A stretch of DNA of 64,000 nucleotides, taken from positions 34,622-98,621 of the forward strand of contig QPMI01000537.1 of the NCBI GenBank assembly GCA_004431415.1, read 5' to 3'. The notes below the pieces were generated by a model, which had not been told where the DNA came from, ran no database searches, and saw only the letters and a program-made list of their open reading frames with translations. Each line of letters begins with the position of its first letter. The first letter of the stretch is position 1. Below are positions 48,058 to 62,100 of the stretch, in pieces. A program made the position numbers and the translations under genes. Origin of the DNA: Cyanophora paradoxa CCMP329. Its lineage: Eukaryota; Plantae; Glaucophyta.

Positions 48058-49518
48058 ATGCGGGCGTCGAGGCAAAGCAGAAGGTGCGCGTCGATCGCCT
48101 CGAGCTTCTGCAATCGCAGATATCGATATCGATCGCGAGCGCTTTTTTGCAGCGAGTTCGCTCTCGCTGGAAACGCTGCGGACGACGTTCTCTGGCAAGT
48201 GCTCGAGCACCTCGGAGCAGCGGACGCCTTCGACTCGCTGGCGGGCGCGCGCGAGCCGCCGCCTGCGGGACCTCGTCCGTGCCACGGCACTTGGAGCTCG
48301 CTTTCGCTGCCGTGGCCCTACTTCCGCAGCACCTCGGGCAATTGCGGCACGAGGAGGAAAAGAAGTGGCCGATCGTCAGCCCGCGGCGAATTCTGGAGGC
48401 CTGGGCGGCGCGGGTGGAGAAGGGCCTCGTGAAGGTGCGCTCGAGCTCGCACGTGCGTCGGACGCGAAAAGCTTCGGCGTTCCATGGCCATGACTTCACT
48501 GCAGGCGCGGTCCTTTCAGGTGGACACGACGATCGATGGGGAAGACGTGGACCCGGACCTCTACGGAGACGACTTATACATTGACATTGAGGAGAAGTAC
48601 GGGACGGATCTGGACGTGATGTGCGACGTCGACTCGCCACACCCGAACAAGTACAACAATTACGGCAGCTCCGAGTTCTGGGGCCGGGCTGTCCCTTCCT
48701 CCGCTTCCTTCGCCACATGGGCCCCGAGCTGCAGAGCATCTCCATCACCCACGGCGGCGTGCGCCCATTGATTACGACTGTCTGCGCGAATTTTTGAATC
48801 GATCGCGATTTCGCTTAAGCCTGTTTCGTGAATCAGATCTCGCCTCCGTACGGTCTCTCTCCGGTCCTGAATGCCAGCTGGGGCCCGACTACGACTACAG
48901 GATGCTCTGGGAGGCGGAGGAAAAGGCAAGCTGCGAGCTCCTTAAAATTAGGCCTTTTCTTGACCGAAAACGGTACCGGTGCAGGCTCTGATGGGCAGGC
49001 TAGCGCTGTACGTGGCCGCGCTCCTGGCGCAGCTCGCGCCTCTCGGCTCCACCCTTCAGAGCTTCTCGATCCGCCTCTGCGGGGAGCCGCTCGCGCCGGT
49101 GCGGATGCGCATGCGATACCGTAGAAGTTCTCGAGACCTTTCGCTGTTTTCCCTGGCTGAGCTGGGCCGGGGCGCGACGCATGCAGTCAAAAGCTATCCC
49201 ATTCGAGGGAGTTCGTGTGCTTTGTTCGCGAAATTGCGCACTCGAGCTCGTTGTCACATTTCGCGCAGTCTAGTCCTGCAGGGGTCACTGGCGCGAGCTG
49301 AAGCCGGCCCTCGCCCTTTCTCCGCCCTCCGCCGCCTCCACATCTACGCCGTACACCTCCTCGAAGCCGAGGAGCTGCGCACCGTCGGCGCCGCGCTGCC
49401 GGCCCTCCGCGAGCTCGGCACCTGGTGCAAAGGGGACGAGAAGAGGGGCGCAGTCGACCCCGCGGCGCGCCTCTCCCCCCTTCAGGAGCTCATCCCGAGC
49501 CTTGAAGCGGTGCCTTGA
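48058..49518 (+). CDS. F-box-like / LRR-like protein (multi-exon, possibly degenerate)
   Basis: ADDVLWQVLEHLG (F-box-like); LQSFSI, FSALRRLHI, LPALRELG (LRR-like). Confidence 0.5.
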
Positions 49519-50000
49519 GCTTTTCGAATTACGGACTAGATTATCATCTCCCATCAGCGAGATCAAAGAATACGGGGACATATACTAGACTCGCGCCCAG
49601 TGATATCGATACGCCCCGGCCCCTTTAGTTTTACAGACTGTGACCCCGTCGACGTCGTGTCGCGATCATGAGCCGCTGCACGGCCTCCAATTGCCAAATT
49701 ACAATTGCAAGCTGCCTCGTGCATTCGCCCCCCTGTGGCGAGCCGCCCTAGGCCTTTCGCCGCGCTTTGCGGCCTCCTAGCTATATATAGGCCTCGGCCT
49801 GCCCCTTCTCCGGATCCCCTCCTTCCGTTTCCCCATTAATCACAGCAAGGTCGTTAATTCCTTGCTCCCCTCTCTCCGCATATGATTGCGGGGCGGGCGG
49901 CCGCGGGGCGGGTGGGGGAGGGCGGGCGGGGTAATGTATGCGGGGCGGGCGGGGCGGGCGGGGGCGGGGGCCCGAGGCCGCGGCCGGCGGCGCGCCCCCG

Positions 50001-50160
50001 ACCTAATTGCGATCTAACTGAGTCGTCGACCTATTGCAATTAGATCGCAATCAGGTCCTTGCAATTGGATCGCAATTAGGTCCTTATGCCCATTTTATTG
50101 TCGGAATTTAGTCGGGGGCGATCCAATATATTAAGTCTCAGTTAGGTCGTAATTAGATCA
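50001..50160. repeat. Inverted/direct repeats of TTGCAATT(A/G)GATCGCAAT motif
   Basis: CCTAATTGCGATC at ~50002 is inverted relative to GATCGCAATTAGG at ~50068; further copies nearby. Confidence 0.55.
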
Positions 50161-50937
50161 GTTGACGTTCGGACCCCTTTTTACTAGTGATCATGAGAAG
50201 GAGCCGTCGGGGCGGGGGAGCAGCGCCGAGACGGTTTCCGCGTCCTGCTTCGAATTCTATGTCAAATTTTGTCAAATTTGTCAAATGCGCCCGCAGCAGG
50301 CGTAGAACAATTAGAACCTTTCCTTGGCCCGCAGACCCTGCGGCCAGCTTTCAGAGGAGTCCGCTCTTTCTCTCTTTTATTTCTTTCCACGGACCGCTGC
50401 CTTTCTTTCACTTTCTTAGCAAACGTCTCATACCTTTTTTCGGGCTGGCCCTAGCCCGGTGCACCAGATTGTTTAGCACAGTCGGCTGCTAGCGGGGCTG
50501 CGCCCCCTCCTTGAACAACTACAGCTAGTTCTCTTGTATGGGCCCAGCCCCACTGCTTTCACGAAGGCTTTTTTGAGATTTTTGCCTTCGGCCCTGCACT
50601 TAGACTAGAGATTAGATAGGCCTAAGCCTGGATGTGGGGGGGGGGGGGGGGGGGGGGGAGGGGGCGGGGAGGGGGGCGGCGGGCTAGGAAGAGGGTGCCG
50701 CATAGGTAAGGACGCGCCGCTCAGACCCTCGGCGGCGACGGGAGCGGGAGGAGGTAAAACAAATTTAAATCACAGGCATTCACGTTCAGCTACAGACTGC
50801 AAGCGCATGCGCAGCTGCACTGTCTCCTGCACAGTGCTGCACTGCGGCAGTACAAATTTCCTACAATTACTACTAGTATATATATAGGCTACTTGGCTTA
50901 GTAGGCTGCACATATCGTTGCAGGATTACTACGTATA

Positions 50938-51345
50938 CCGTACGTGTAACACTTAAGTAATTAATGCGGGCACTTTAGTATTTTTTTTGAAGACTACGGA
51001 AGGGCAAACCCCCGTATAGGTACTACGGTAGTAAAATTAAAATCGACAAAGCAATCACAAATCAAAGATAGTCGTAGGCAATCGCGATCGCAAGACGTAT
51101 ATACGCATAAGAACTAGGGATCACGACGAGGGACAATGCGGTCCCAAATTAATGCGTTTTCGCTGTCAAACGCATTAATTTGGGACCGCATTAATATCGA
51201 AACGCTAGAAAGTGCTGTATGTACCCCTTACAGCAGCCAAAGGCTTAAGCTTCAAAACGCATTAATTCGGTGCACATTATTATCAATACAGGGTCCGGGT
51301 CCAAAACGCATTTATTACTGGCGCATTAATTAAGTGTTACAACGG
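50938..51345. mobile_element. MITE-like element, Tc1/mariner-pogo type (TA flanks, imperfect TIRs)
   Basis: TA|CCGTACGTGTAACACTTAA...TTAAGTGTTACAACGG|TA; internal CGCATTAATT motifs; AT-rich. Confidence 0.65.
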
Positions 51346-51550
51346 TAGTATACTAGTAGCCTAGTGCTAGTATTGGTAGTATGTACTAGCGCAGAAACAA
51401 ATCCGACCGTCGGACCGATGATATCGATCGTGTCTTTTGGCACTTCGGGATCACGGCGGGATCGGATATCGAATCATATTAACGATACCGTAATACACAA
51501 TATATTATGTCATGCAAATTTATGTCGTTTAAACCCGAGCCTTCAGACTC

Positions 51551-54500
51551 TTTCTACATGCATCATTGAGTTGTCCTTCTAACCCAGGGCATTGCGCAGA
51601 GCCGGCTCTGCCTTCGCGTACGCGTGCGCCTCGGGCGCGTCGCCGTGACGCGACGACGGTAATGGTGGCCACTCCGCCCCGGACGCCCCGTGCGCCACGC
51701 CGCGCTCGCGCCATCCCTTCCCCCGCGCCGGGCCCGCGGCGCTCTCTGAGGCGGCGGGACAGGCCGCGGGCGGCTGTGGTGAGCGGCGGCTGTGGTGAGC
51801 AGGCAGGCCCTCGCGGCCTCCGCCAGCAGCTCATCGCCGCCTCCGCCTCGGGCGTCGGCGTGTGCGCGCCGGCCCCCGCCCCGGCCTCCCGCCCCCGGCG
51901 CTTGCTGAGAAACAAGCCGCAGGCCGGCGGGGCGCGGGGCGCTGCGGCTCATGGAGGTGGCGGCGCTCGTCCTCGCCGCCGCCCTCAAGGCCGGCAACGA
52001 GCGCCTGTGCGCCGGCCGCCCGCGCCCCGCCCCCGCCCCCCCCGCCGCCTCGCCCTGAGGGGCGCGGGGTGCCCAGCAGCCTGACGATGGCGGCGGACAA
52101 GTACGCGAGGCTCTTCGCGCACGCCGACGCCCCCGCGGCCCTCGCCCTGCAGCTCCTCCACCGCCACCGCGTCGACTCCCCGCTCCTCGCCGCCCAGCCC
52201 ACCCCGCCCGCTTCTCCCTCGTCGCCCTCCTCGGCCTGCCCGCCCCGCCCGCTCGTCCCTCGCGGGGCCTGACGGGGCGGGGCGGGGACAGATCCCGGGG
52301 CGGCCTCCTTCACGTCCCTCTTCCGGGCGCACGCGGCCGGCGCCTGAGACCGCGCCATCGCCATGCAGGCGCCCGGACCCCTCCCGCCCCGCCCCCCGCC
52401 CCGCCCGCCGCGCCCTCTGACGGAGCCGCAGGGCGCGCCCCCGCCGCCCCTCCCTGCCCTCGTACACATCCCCGAACTCCTCTCTTCCCTCGTCTCCAGT
52501 GCGCCGTACCCCTCCCGAACCCGGCGCGGCGCCTCGTACCCGCCCCGACGCCGGCGCCGCTCCGGCAGACGCGCCGCTGGTGGCCGGCTCGGCGACCTCT
52601 TCCACGAGCTCCCCAGCCGCGCCAGCGAGCTCCCCAGCCACGCCAGCAGGCCCGTACCCCCCCCCCAACTGGACTCGGCGTACCCCCTCAACCCCGGGCG
52701 CGCAGGGCGATGTACAGGGCGCTGCTGGAGGTGCTGGGGGGCCCGGTACCCCCAGGACGTCGGTCAGGCCTGCCTGGCCGCCGCCGTCGTCCTCCCCGAG
52801 CCCCCATGGGCGCCCCCGCCGGCGCGCCGCTGGCGCGCTGCAGCGCCGCCGGCTGGCGCCGCCGGCTGGCGCCGCCGGGCTGCACGGGCGCCGCCACGGG
52901 CCCGAGGGCGCATCCCAGCGAACACGCTGCTCAACTGTCCGTGCGAGCTTTCTTCGCCCCGCCCTCCCCCCCTCCCCCCCCTAGCTTGCTTCGTCCGCCG
53001 TTTTTTGGAGCGGATCCAACGCTGCCGTTTTTTCGCCCCCCCCCCCCCCCCCCCTCTGCCGTTTTTTGGAGCGGAACCAACGCTGACGCTGGCCGTGCAG
53101 CACGCATCCGCCGGCAAAGAGCTCTACTGTGCGTCGCCCCGGCCCTCCACTGAATGAAATGACTGACTGAATTCGACTGGCGGTGCAGTGGGTTAGACGT
53201 TGCTCTAGCTGCAGCAACGGCGGCCGGGGAGGCTGATCGCGGTGCCGTCCCTGCCCCGCCCACCCGAGCATGCGCAGCGGCTTCTGACGGTGCCGCGCCT
53301 CTTGGGCCAGGAAGCTGGCGGAAGCCCGGAGCCAGTGACCATCGCTGTTCCAGCCTGGCTAGCGGATCACACGTACGCCCGTACCCCTTCCGCGGCATCA
53401 ATATATAACCCTCCCCGCTCATTCTCTCCGCACTACAGGCAGGAAGCAGCGAAGCAGAGAGCAGCGCGCGCCCGAGTTCTTCAGCAGCGACGTCGACCGG
53501 CCGAGAGGAAGTCAATTTGATCCGTCATATAGGGGCAGGAAAGCATGTAGAAAGCGTTTCAGGAAGCATTTTTAGATCAGTGTAGATGCGCTATAATGTC
53601 TGAGCAGCGTTTGGTAGTCGGCAACCCGAGAAATTCGGTCTGCCAGCTGCCATACAAGGTGGTTGGGAATGTATGGCAGTTGGCAAGCGAGGGGTACGGG
53701 GAAATCCGTGCAAATCGGGCGAGAATTGTGTTAATTTACGACAAAATTAAAACATAAAATAGACCGAATTACCTAATTAGAAAAAAATTGCGCTATTTTA
53801 TCGAAATTTCGGCTCCCACCCCCCGATCAAAATCCCCACCGTGTGGCACCAAATTAAAATATTGAGCACGAAATTGGCCACTTCCTAGCGCGAGCTCTAG
53901 GTCGCCGGGCCGGCGCTCCTCGCCCAGGGCGCGTACAGACTCCGCGCATGTTCCAACGCCTTCATAGACATATATATAAGATAGAGCACCCCTGTGAAAC
54001 TTCAGAATCCGGGTTCTCAATAGTAGGCGGGCCTTAGCGCGAAATTGCCTAGGGGCGGCATCGAACCCGGGTTGTTCCATTCCAACAGAATTCTTGAAGT
54101 TCGGGTACCTTAGCGGGACTTAACAATAGGTAGCTAGCGACTCCGTGACGGGCCGGAGGTTCCTAGCGATCTTAGCTGGGTTTATGAGAAGGCTCTATTT
54201 CTACATGCATCATTGAAGTTGTCCTTCTAACCCAGGGCATGCGCAGAGCCGGCTCTGCCTTCGCGTACGCGTGCGCCCTCGGGCGCGTCGCCGTGACGCG
54301 ACGACGGTAATGGTGGCCACTCCGCCCCGGACGCCCCGTGCGCCACGCCGCGCTCGCGCCATCCCTTCCCCCGCGCCGGGCCCCGGGCTCCTCTGAGGCG
54401 GCGGCGGCTGTGGTGAGCGGGCGGCTGTGGTGAGCAGGCAGGCCCTCGCGGCCTCCGCCCAGCAGCTCATCGCCGCCTCCGCCTCGGGCGTCGGCGTGTG

Positions 54501-57440
54501 CGCGCCGGCCCCCGCCCCGGCCTCCCGCCCCCCGGCGCTTGCTGAGAAACAAGCCGCAGGCCGGCGGGGCGCGGGGCGCTGCGGCTCATGGAGGTGGCGG
54601 CGCTCGTCCTCGCCGCCGCCCTCAAGGCCGGCAACGAGCGCCTGTGCGCCGGCCGCCCCGCCCCCGCCCCCGCCCCCGCCCCCGCCGCCTCGCCCTGAGG
54701 GGCGGTGCCCAGCAGCCTGACGATGGCGGCGGACAAGTACGCGAGGCTTTCGCGCACGCGACGCCCCCGCGGCCCTCGCCCTGCAGCTCCTCCACCGCCA
54801 CCGCGTCGACTCCCCGCTCCTCGCCGCCCCACCGCCCACCCCGCCGCTTCTCCTCGTCGCCCTCGCCTCGGCCCCGCCCGCCCGCGTCCTCGCGGGGCCT
54901 GACGGGGCGGGCGGGGACAGATCCCGGGCGGCCTCCTTCACGTCCTCTTCCGGGCGCACGCGGCCGGCGCCTGAGACCGCGCCATCGCCATGCAGGCGCC
55001 CGGACCCCTCCCGCCCCGCCCCCGCCCCGCCCCGCGCGCCCTCTGACGGAGCCGCAGGGCGCGCCCCCGCCGCCCCTCCCTGCCCTCGTACACATCCCGA
55101 ACTCCTCTCTTCCAGTACCCCTCCCGAACCCGGCGCGGCGCCTCGTACCCCGCCCCGACGCCGGCGCCGCTCCGGCAGACGCGCCGCTGGTGGCCGGCTC
55201 GGCGACCTCTTCCACGAGCTCCCCAGCCGCGCCAGCGAGCTCCCCAGCCACGCCAGCAGGCCCGTACCCCCCCCCCCCAACTGGACTCGGCGTACCCCCC
55301 TCAACCCCGGGCGCGCAGGGCGATGTACAGGGCGCTGCTGGAGGTGCTGGGGGGCCCGGTACCCCCCAGGACGTCGGTCAGGCCTGCCTGGCCGCCGCCG
55401 TCGTCCTCCCCGAGCCCCCCATGGGCGCCCCCGCCGGCGCGCCGCTGGCGCGCTGCAGCGCCGCCGCTGGCGCGCCGGCTGGCGCCGCCGGGCTGCACGG
55501 GCGCCGCCACGGGCCCGAGGGCGCATCCCAGCGAACACGCTGCTCAACTGTCCGTGCGAGCTTTCTTCGCCCCGCCCCCCCCCCCCCCCCCCCCTAGCTT
55601 GCTTCGTCCCGCGTTTTTTGGAGCGGATCCAACGCTGCCGTTTTTTTCGCCCCCCCCCCCCCCCCTCTGCCGTTTTTGGAGCGGAACCAACGCTGACGCT
55701 GGCCGTGCAGCACGCATCCGCCGGCAAAGAGCTCTACTGTGCGTCGCCCCGGCCCTCCACTGAATGAAATGACTGACTGAATTCGACTGGCGGTGCAGTG
55801 GGTTAGACGTTGCTCTAGCTGCAGCAACGGCGGCCGGGAGGCTGATCGGGTGCCGTCCCTGCCCGCCCACCGAGCATGCGCCAGCGGCTTCTGACGGTGC
55901 GCGCCAAAGCTGGCGGAAGCCCGGAGCCAGTGACCATCGCTGTTCCAGCCTGGCTAGCGGATCACACACGTACGATCAAATATACCCCTCCCCGCTTCCG
56001 CGCATCAGCTCAGGAAGCAAGCGAAGCAGAGAGCAGCGCGCGCCCGAGTTCTTCAGCAGCGACGTCGACCGGCCGAGAGGAAGTCAATTTGATCCGTCAT
56101 ATAGGGGCAGGAAAGCATGTAGAAAGCGTTTCAGGAAGCATTTTTAGATCAGTGTAGATGCGCTATAATGTCTGAGCAGCGTTTGGTAGTCGGCAACCCG
56201 AGAAATTCGGTCTGCCAGCTGCCATACAAACCCAACACAGGTGGTTGGGAATGTATGGCAGTTGGCAAGCGAGGGGTACGGGGAAATCCGTGCAAATCGG
56301 GCGAGAATTGTGTTAATTTACGACAAAATTAAAACATAAAATAGACCGAATTACCTAATTTTGGGGGGGAGAAACACGAAAATTGCGCTATTTTATCGAA
56401 ATTTCGGCTCCCACCCCCCGATCAAAATCCCCACCGTGTGGCACCAAATTAAAATATTGAGCACGAAATTGGCCACTTCCTAGCGCGAGCTCTAGGTCGC
56501 CGGGCCGGCGCTCCTCGCCCAGGGCGCGTACAGACTCCGCGCATGTTCCAACGCCTTCATAGACATATATATAAGATAGAGCACCCCTGTGAAACTTCAG
56601 AATCCGGGTTCTCAATAGTAGGCGGGCCTTAGCGCGAAATTGCCTAGGGGCGGCATCGAAATTGTTCCATTCCAACAGAATTCTTGAAGTTCGGGTACCT
56701 TAGCGGGACTTAACAATAGGTAGCTAGCGACTCCGTGACGGGCCGGAGGTTCCTAGCGATCTTAGCTGGGTTTATGAGAAGGCTCTATTTCTACATGCAT
56801 CATTGAAGTTGTCCTAACCCAGGGCAAGAGCCGGCTTGCTGCTCGCGTACGCGCGTCGCCGTGACGCGACGACGGTAATGGTGGCCACTCCGCCCCGGAC
56901 GCCCCGTGCGCCACGCCGCGCTCGCGCCATCCCTTCCCCCGCGCCCCGCGGCGCTCCTCTGAGGCGGCGGGACAGGCCGCGGGCGGCTGTGGTGAGCGGG
57001 CGGCTGTGGTGAGCAGGCAGGCCCTCGCGGCCTCCGCCCAGCAGCTCATCGCCGCCTCCGCCTCGGGCGTCGGCGTGTGCGCGCCGGCCCCCGCCCCTCC
57101 CGCCCCCCGGCGCTTGCTGAGAAACAAGCCGCAGGCCGGCGGGGGCGCGGGGCGCTGCGGCTCATGGAGGTGGCGGCGCTCGTCCTCGCGCGCCGCCCTC
57201 AAGGCCGGCAACGAGCGCCTGTGCGCCGGCCGCCCCGCCCCCGCCCCGCCCGCCCCCGCCGCCTCGCCCTGAGGGCGCGGGGTGCCCAGCAGCCTGACGA
57301 TGGCGGCGGACAAGTACGCGAGGCTCGCGCACGACCGCGGCCCTCGCCCTGCAAGCCACCACGCGTCGACTCCCCGCCCACCCCGCCCGCTTCTCCCTCG
57401 TCGCCCTCCTCGGCCTGCCCCGCCCCGCCCGCTCGTCCCT
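51551..57440 (+). repeat. Tandem triplication of a ~2.6-kb unit (starts 51551, ~54198, partial ~56788) carrying an intron-containing gene fragment
   Basis: TTTCTACATGCATCATTGA start and the following sequence recur; copies differ by many small indels. Confidence 0.9.
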
Positions 57441-58448
57441 TGTGGAGGGTGCGGCGGCACTTGTCGAGGTTCTCCGCGTCCGCCGCGTCCACCACGAAGA
57501 TGCAGCAGAAGAGCTGGGGGGGTCAGGGGGGGGTAGAGGTGGGAGCGAGGGGGCGCGGGGGGGGGGGGGGGCGGCGGCCCGCGGCCGGGCCGTCGGGAAG
57601 AAAAGAGCTGGCGCGGGCTAGGGATTGGGTGGGGCGAGGGGGAGCGGTGGCCCTCGGCCAGGTCGTCGGGGGAGGGGGGGTACGCGGCGCACGTCGATGA
57701 GATACCTGCGGGCGGGGGTAAGCGGGGCGGGGCGGGGCGGGACAGGGCGGGAGAGGCGGCGGGGGCCGCTATGCTCGGCTGGGCGGGGCGGGTCGGCGGC
57801 GGCGGCGGCGGCGGCGCGCCGCTAGGAGGCCGCGCTGCTCTGCTCTGCTCTGCTCTGCTTGGCGGGGCGGGGCGCTGCTCAGACCTCTGGGTCGATACGG
57901 TACGAGTGGCCCAGCTCGAACTTGCCCGTCGTGAAGCTCACCTGCCGCCGCGCCGGGCCGGGCCACAGTCAGCGACGTTTTAGGTGGCGCCTAAGCGGCG
58001 GCGTCCTTCGTCTATCCGCTGCGCTCGCGCCCGCGCGGCGCTGAGCTCTCCCTCCGGCGCCCCAGCGGCCTGCCCCGCCGACTCCGGCCGTCCTCTAGCC
58101 GCGAGCGGGGCGCGCGCTGACCTTCTCGCCCCCGCACTCGACGAGCTCCGGGCGCGCTGCGGCGTGACGCGACGCGCCTCAGCGCGCCGGGCACGCGGGT
58201 GGGGGGCGCTGCGATGGGGCGGCGGCGGCGGCGCGCCTTTGAGGATCTCGCCAACGGCTCGCCGCAGCGGGTCCATCAGCGTCTTCTTACCCGCGCCGAT
58301 GTGCCCCGTGAGGCCGATCTGCGCGCGGAGGTTCGCCGCGGCCGATGCGGGTCCGAGCTACCGCGAACGTGCAAGCTTCAGGGCGCACCGGCATCATGGC
58401 GCCGCTTGGGCCCTTGGGCTTCGACGACGGTGCAGCGGGAGCCGCCAT
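57438..58448 (-). pseudogene. Truncated duplicate of ARL13-like GTPase 5' exons
   Basis: G1 through CIFVVDAAD...LHK exons duplicated, then joined to unrelated sequence at ~57438. Confidence 0.6.
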
Positions 58449-59190
58449 CGTTCGAGCGCGGTCCGGAGGGCTGCCTGCGTGTCGATCTTCGCCTAGTCTA
58501 CGTCAGAGACGATTGCGCTACTCGTGCTGAGCCCGGCTGGGCGCTACGAGGCGCGCGCCGAAACCCAGACCAGGCTCGGGCGCAAGCTCGGACGACGCAC
58601 GCCTGCCACTCTCCGAGTCGTCCGCAACACGCCTCGCTGGCCTACCTCGCCGGGCGCGCTGAGCCCGATTCGGCCGTGACGAAGCACAGCGTACCCCCGT
58701 ACACAAGCCAAACTTCGGTCCCAGCCGAGCGCGGCCATTACAGAAGCGCCGATAGGTGCGTGCGAGAGTTCTATGCGCTTCTTGCGCACAAGCCGCTCAC
58801 TGCCGGTTGTTGCAGCCGCAATTCTCTCCGCAGCCCGACGCCGCAACGGTCGCCGCAACGATCGCTGACTGCTTCTAAGGCTTGTCTTGTATTCCCTCCA
58901 TTGCGAGCGATCCGCCGCCGCCGCCGCGAACGAGCTCTTGCAATTGTTTCGCGAGGCGCGCGCCGGCGCGCGGAAAATGCGTCATCATCGCCGACGGCGA
59001 GGTAAAGCAGCTCAAGCCGAAGGAGGCGCCCAATCAGCACACGTAGCGTCGTTGCGCGGCTTGTGGTCGTACGGCATACCGAGCTCGCTGGTACGTGAAG
59101 TTAAAGCCGCGCGCCTGCAGCTGCGGCGCTAGTCGTGCAGCTCGCGCAGCTTTAGCAAGCCCGTCCGCGACTGATCGCACCTTGCGCATG

Positions 59191-62100
59191 TGCAGGGCGT
59201 CTGGCTCCTGAGGAACCGCCTCAAGTGCAAGCTCTCCGCGGCCAATACCGGTCGCGGTCTGCGGCGCGGAACCCGCCGAAGCGCGACCGCGGCCGCGGCC
59301 ACGGCCGGCGCCGGCCCTGCAGCATCCCCCTTTCCCGTGTCGGTCGCAGCTCCGGCCGCGGCGCCGGCCACGGCGCCCGTCGCGGCAGCCAACGCTGTGT
59401 CCGTCAAGACTCCGCCCCATATCGGGATCGGCTCCTTTTCGTGCACGTGCACGCCCGCTAGCGTGTGCAGCGCGTGCACGGATCTCGTCTCTACCTTGCA
59501 CGAGTACCTCGGCCGCCTGCCCTCCAAGCTGCGCGACTACGCTGCAGACATGCAGGTTCGGCGCCCTCGCCCTCTCGCATCTTCCCGCTCCTCACTGCCC
59601 GGCGCAGGAGTACCTAAACACGCTCGAGCAGACCGTCGGGCCGAAGCACGCCCTGACCGCCGCCTGCTCGCTCCGCCTCGCCCTCGCCCGCGTCGATCTC
59701 CGGGAAATGGACGAGGCTGCCAGGCTCTACGAGGTACTTGTACGTGCCCTGGCCTGGATCGCTCGATCTTACGATCGCGGCGCCCCGCAGCGGGCGCGGG
59801 CGCTCTACGCCGAGGACGGGAGGCTGCGGGCGGCGAGCAGCCCCGGCGCCCTCGCCGAGCACGGCGAAGTCCTGGGCGGCGTCCACCACGCCAGGGGCGA
59901 CCTTCCCTCCGCCAAGAGGGCCTACCTCGTTCGCCCCTTTGAAATCGGCTAGCCCAAGTTGGCATGGCCTCTTCTCTCTCACACACACACGTGCAGTGGG
60001 TGTGCCGCGAGGAGCGCCTGCGGCCGCCGCTCGTGCCGACGCCCGAGAGCTTGATCTACATGGCCAAGACGGAGTACCACCTCGGCGTCTGCGTTTTCCT
60101 CATGGGCGACAACGACGCCTCGGAGTCTTACTTCAAGATACTCCATAAATATTGATCATGACAAGCTTCCGCTGACTGCCCCCGCAGTCCGGCTACGCGC
60201 ACGAGCGGGAGGCGGGGGGCGGGGCGGGGATCGCGCGGCGCTGCTGCGACCTGCCGGTCCACGCCTACCTCACCCTACTCGGGAGGGGGCACTCCGCCGC
60301 CGGCCGCCTGGACCGCCTCCACGACGTCATGCGGGTCCGTTATCGTACGACGCGGCCCTGCCCTGGAGCTTAGCTTAAGCCCAGCCTAGATTAGAATCTT
60401 AGCTTAAGCTAAGCTTAGCTAAAGATAAAGCCTCGGCCGGTGCGGGCGTACGACGCGGCCGGGCCGGGGGCGGCGCCCGTGCTTAAGCTAAGCTTAAGCT
60501 TGCGCCGCCTCGGCCGACCCGGCCGGCCTGGCTTCGGCTGGGGCGGCGCCCGCGCTTCAGCCTTAGCTTCAGCCGCCTCGGCCGACCCGGCCGGCCTGGC
60601 TAAGCTTAAGCTCGAGTCGCCTCGCAGATGGCTGCGGCGCGGGCGCGGGGGCGGCGCCTGCGTCGCGCGCGGCGACCTCGCCGGAGTCGCCAAGGCGTTC
60701 TCAAGCATCTGCTGCAAGCGCGGCGACTTCGCCAGCGCAGAGGCGTTCTTAGAGGTGGGCGGGATCCCGGCCCTCGCCTTGTGCTTGATAAGGACACCGA
60801 ACGCGTGCCAGGCACGCGTGCCGGGGTTGCAGGGCAGAGTCCTCCTCCTTAGACTATCTGCCCGCCGTCCTAGGCATAGCTATATAGCCTTCTGCCTGCG
60901 CGGCCTTAGACGTCGACGTCGCTGACGCCCTCTGCTCTACAGCGCCTCGTGGCGGAGACCGAACGGCTCCTGGGCGCCGAGCACCGCCGCCTCGGCTCGG
61001 CCCTCGTGCTCCTCGCCCGCTGCAAGCTGGACGCCGGCGAGCCGCCGGAGACCATCTACCCCCTCGCCCGCGTGCGCCCGGACCCGTCCCGTCCGGCCGA
61101 CGCGCGCTGTACCCCTGCCGCTCGCTCACCTGAGCCGTACCGCAGCGCGGGTGGGGGGTTCTCAGGGCGACCCTGGGCGCAACCAGCCCTAGCCCCGAGG
61201 TCGAGGGGGCGATCATCCTGCTAGGGGAGCTGCTGAGCAGGGCGCCGCACTTGGACGCCGACAAGAGCGTCGATATCGTCCAGGTGCGTCCCGTTTTCGA
61301 ATCCGCCCGGCCCGAACTGATGCATTAGTCTTAAGGCGTACGTGCCCGCAGCGCGTTCTGGACTGGGCATCGGCGAACGACCGCATGCCGGCGGTGAACA
61401 TTGTGCTTCGGATACCACGGCACATCGCGGTCTCTCACTCAGGCCCGCCTTGCACCTCCCCGGCTGTGCATTTACCACGTAAAACCGGCAGGAGCGGGCA
61501 CTCCCCAAGGAAACCCTCAGGGCGCGAATGGACAGCAGACTGGAGACGCGCAGGCGGGAGAAGGAAGAGCGGCAGCGGGCGGAGGAGGAGCGCGAGCGGG
61601 CGCGGCGGGAGGCCGAGCGCGCCGAGCGCGCCGCCCGCGACGCCGCCGACCGCGTGCGCCGTCTGAGCCGTCTGAGCCGTCTGAGCCGTCTGAGCTCGCC
61701 TTCGAATTCTGAGCTGCGCGGGGGGCAGGAGGCGGCAAAGAGGCGTATGGGGGGCTCGCAGTGGGCCCCCGCTAAGAAGCTCCTTACGCGCCTTGACGCG
61801 CTTCTCAAGGTTAGTAAGCCTCTTTCCCCCCCCCCGCCTCCTCCCCTCCTCCCCTACCCCCTCCCCCCCTCCCTTCGAATTCCGTCACACACACACACAC
61901 ACACGCCCTCCCCGCCTCGAAATTAGAAAGCGCACCCCTCCCCGGCCCTTACCCCAGCCGTCCACCCTCCCCCCCCCTCTCTCCCCCCTGCCTCCAAGAG
62001 TGCTGCCCCCCCCCCCCTCCTCCCCCCCTCCCCCCAATGCCTCTAAGAGGGGCGCGCAGCGATCGCCGGGCGACTTCGAGGGTCGCCTGCTCCGCATCCG

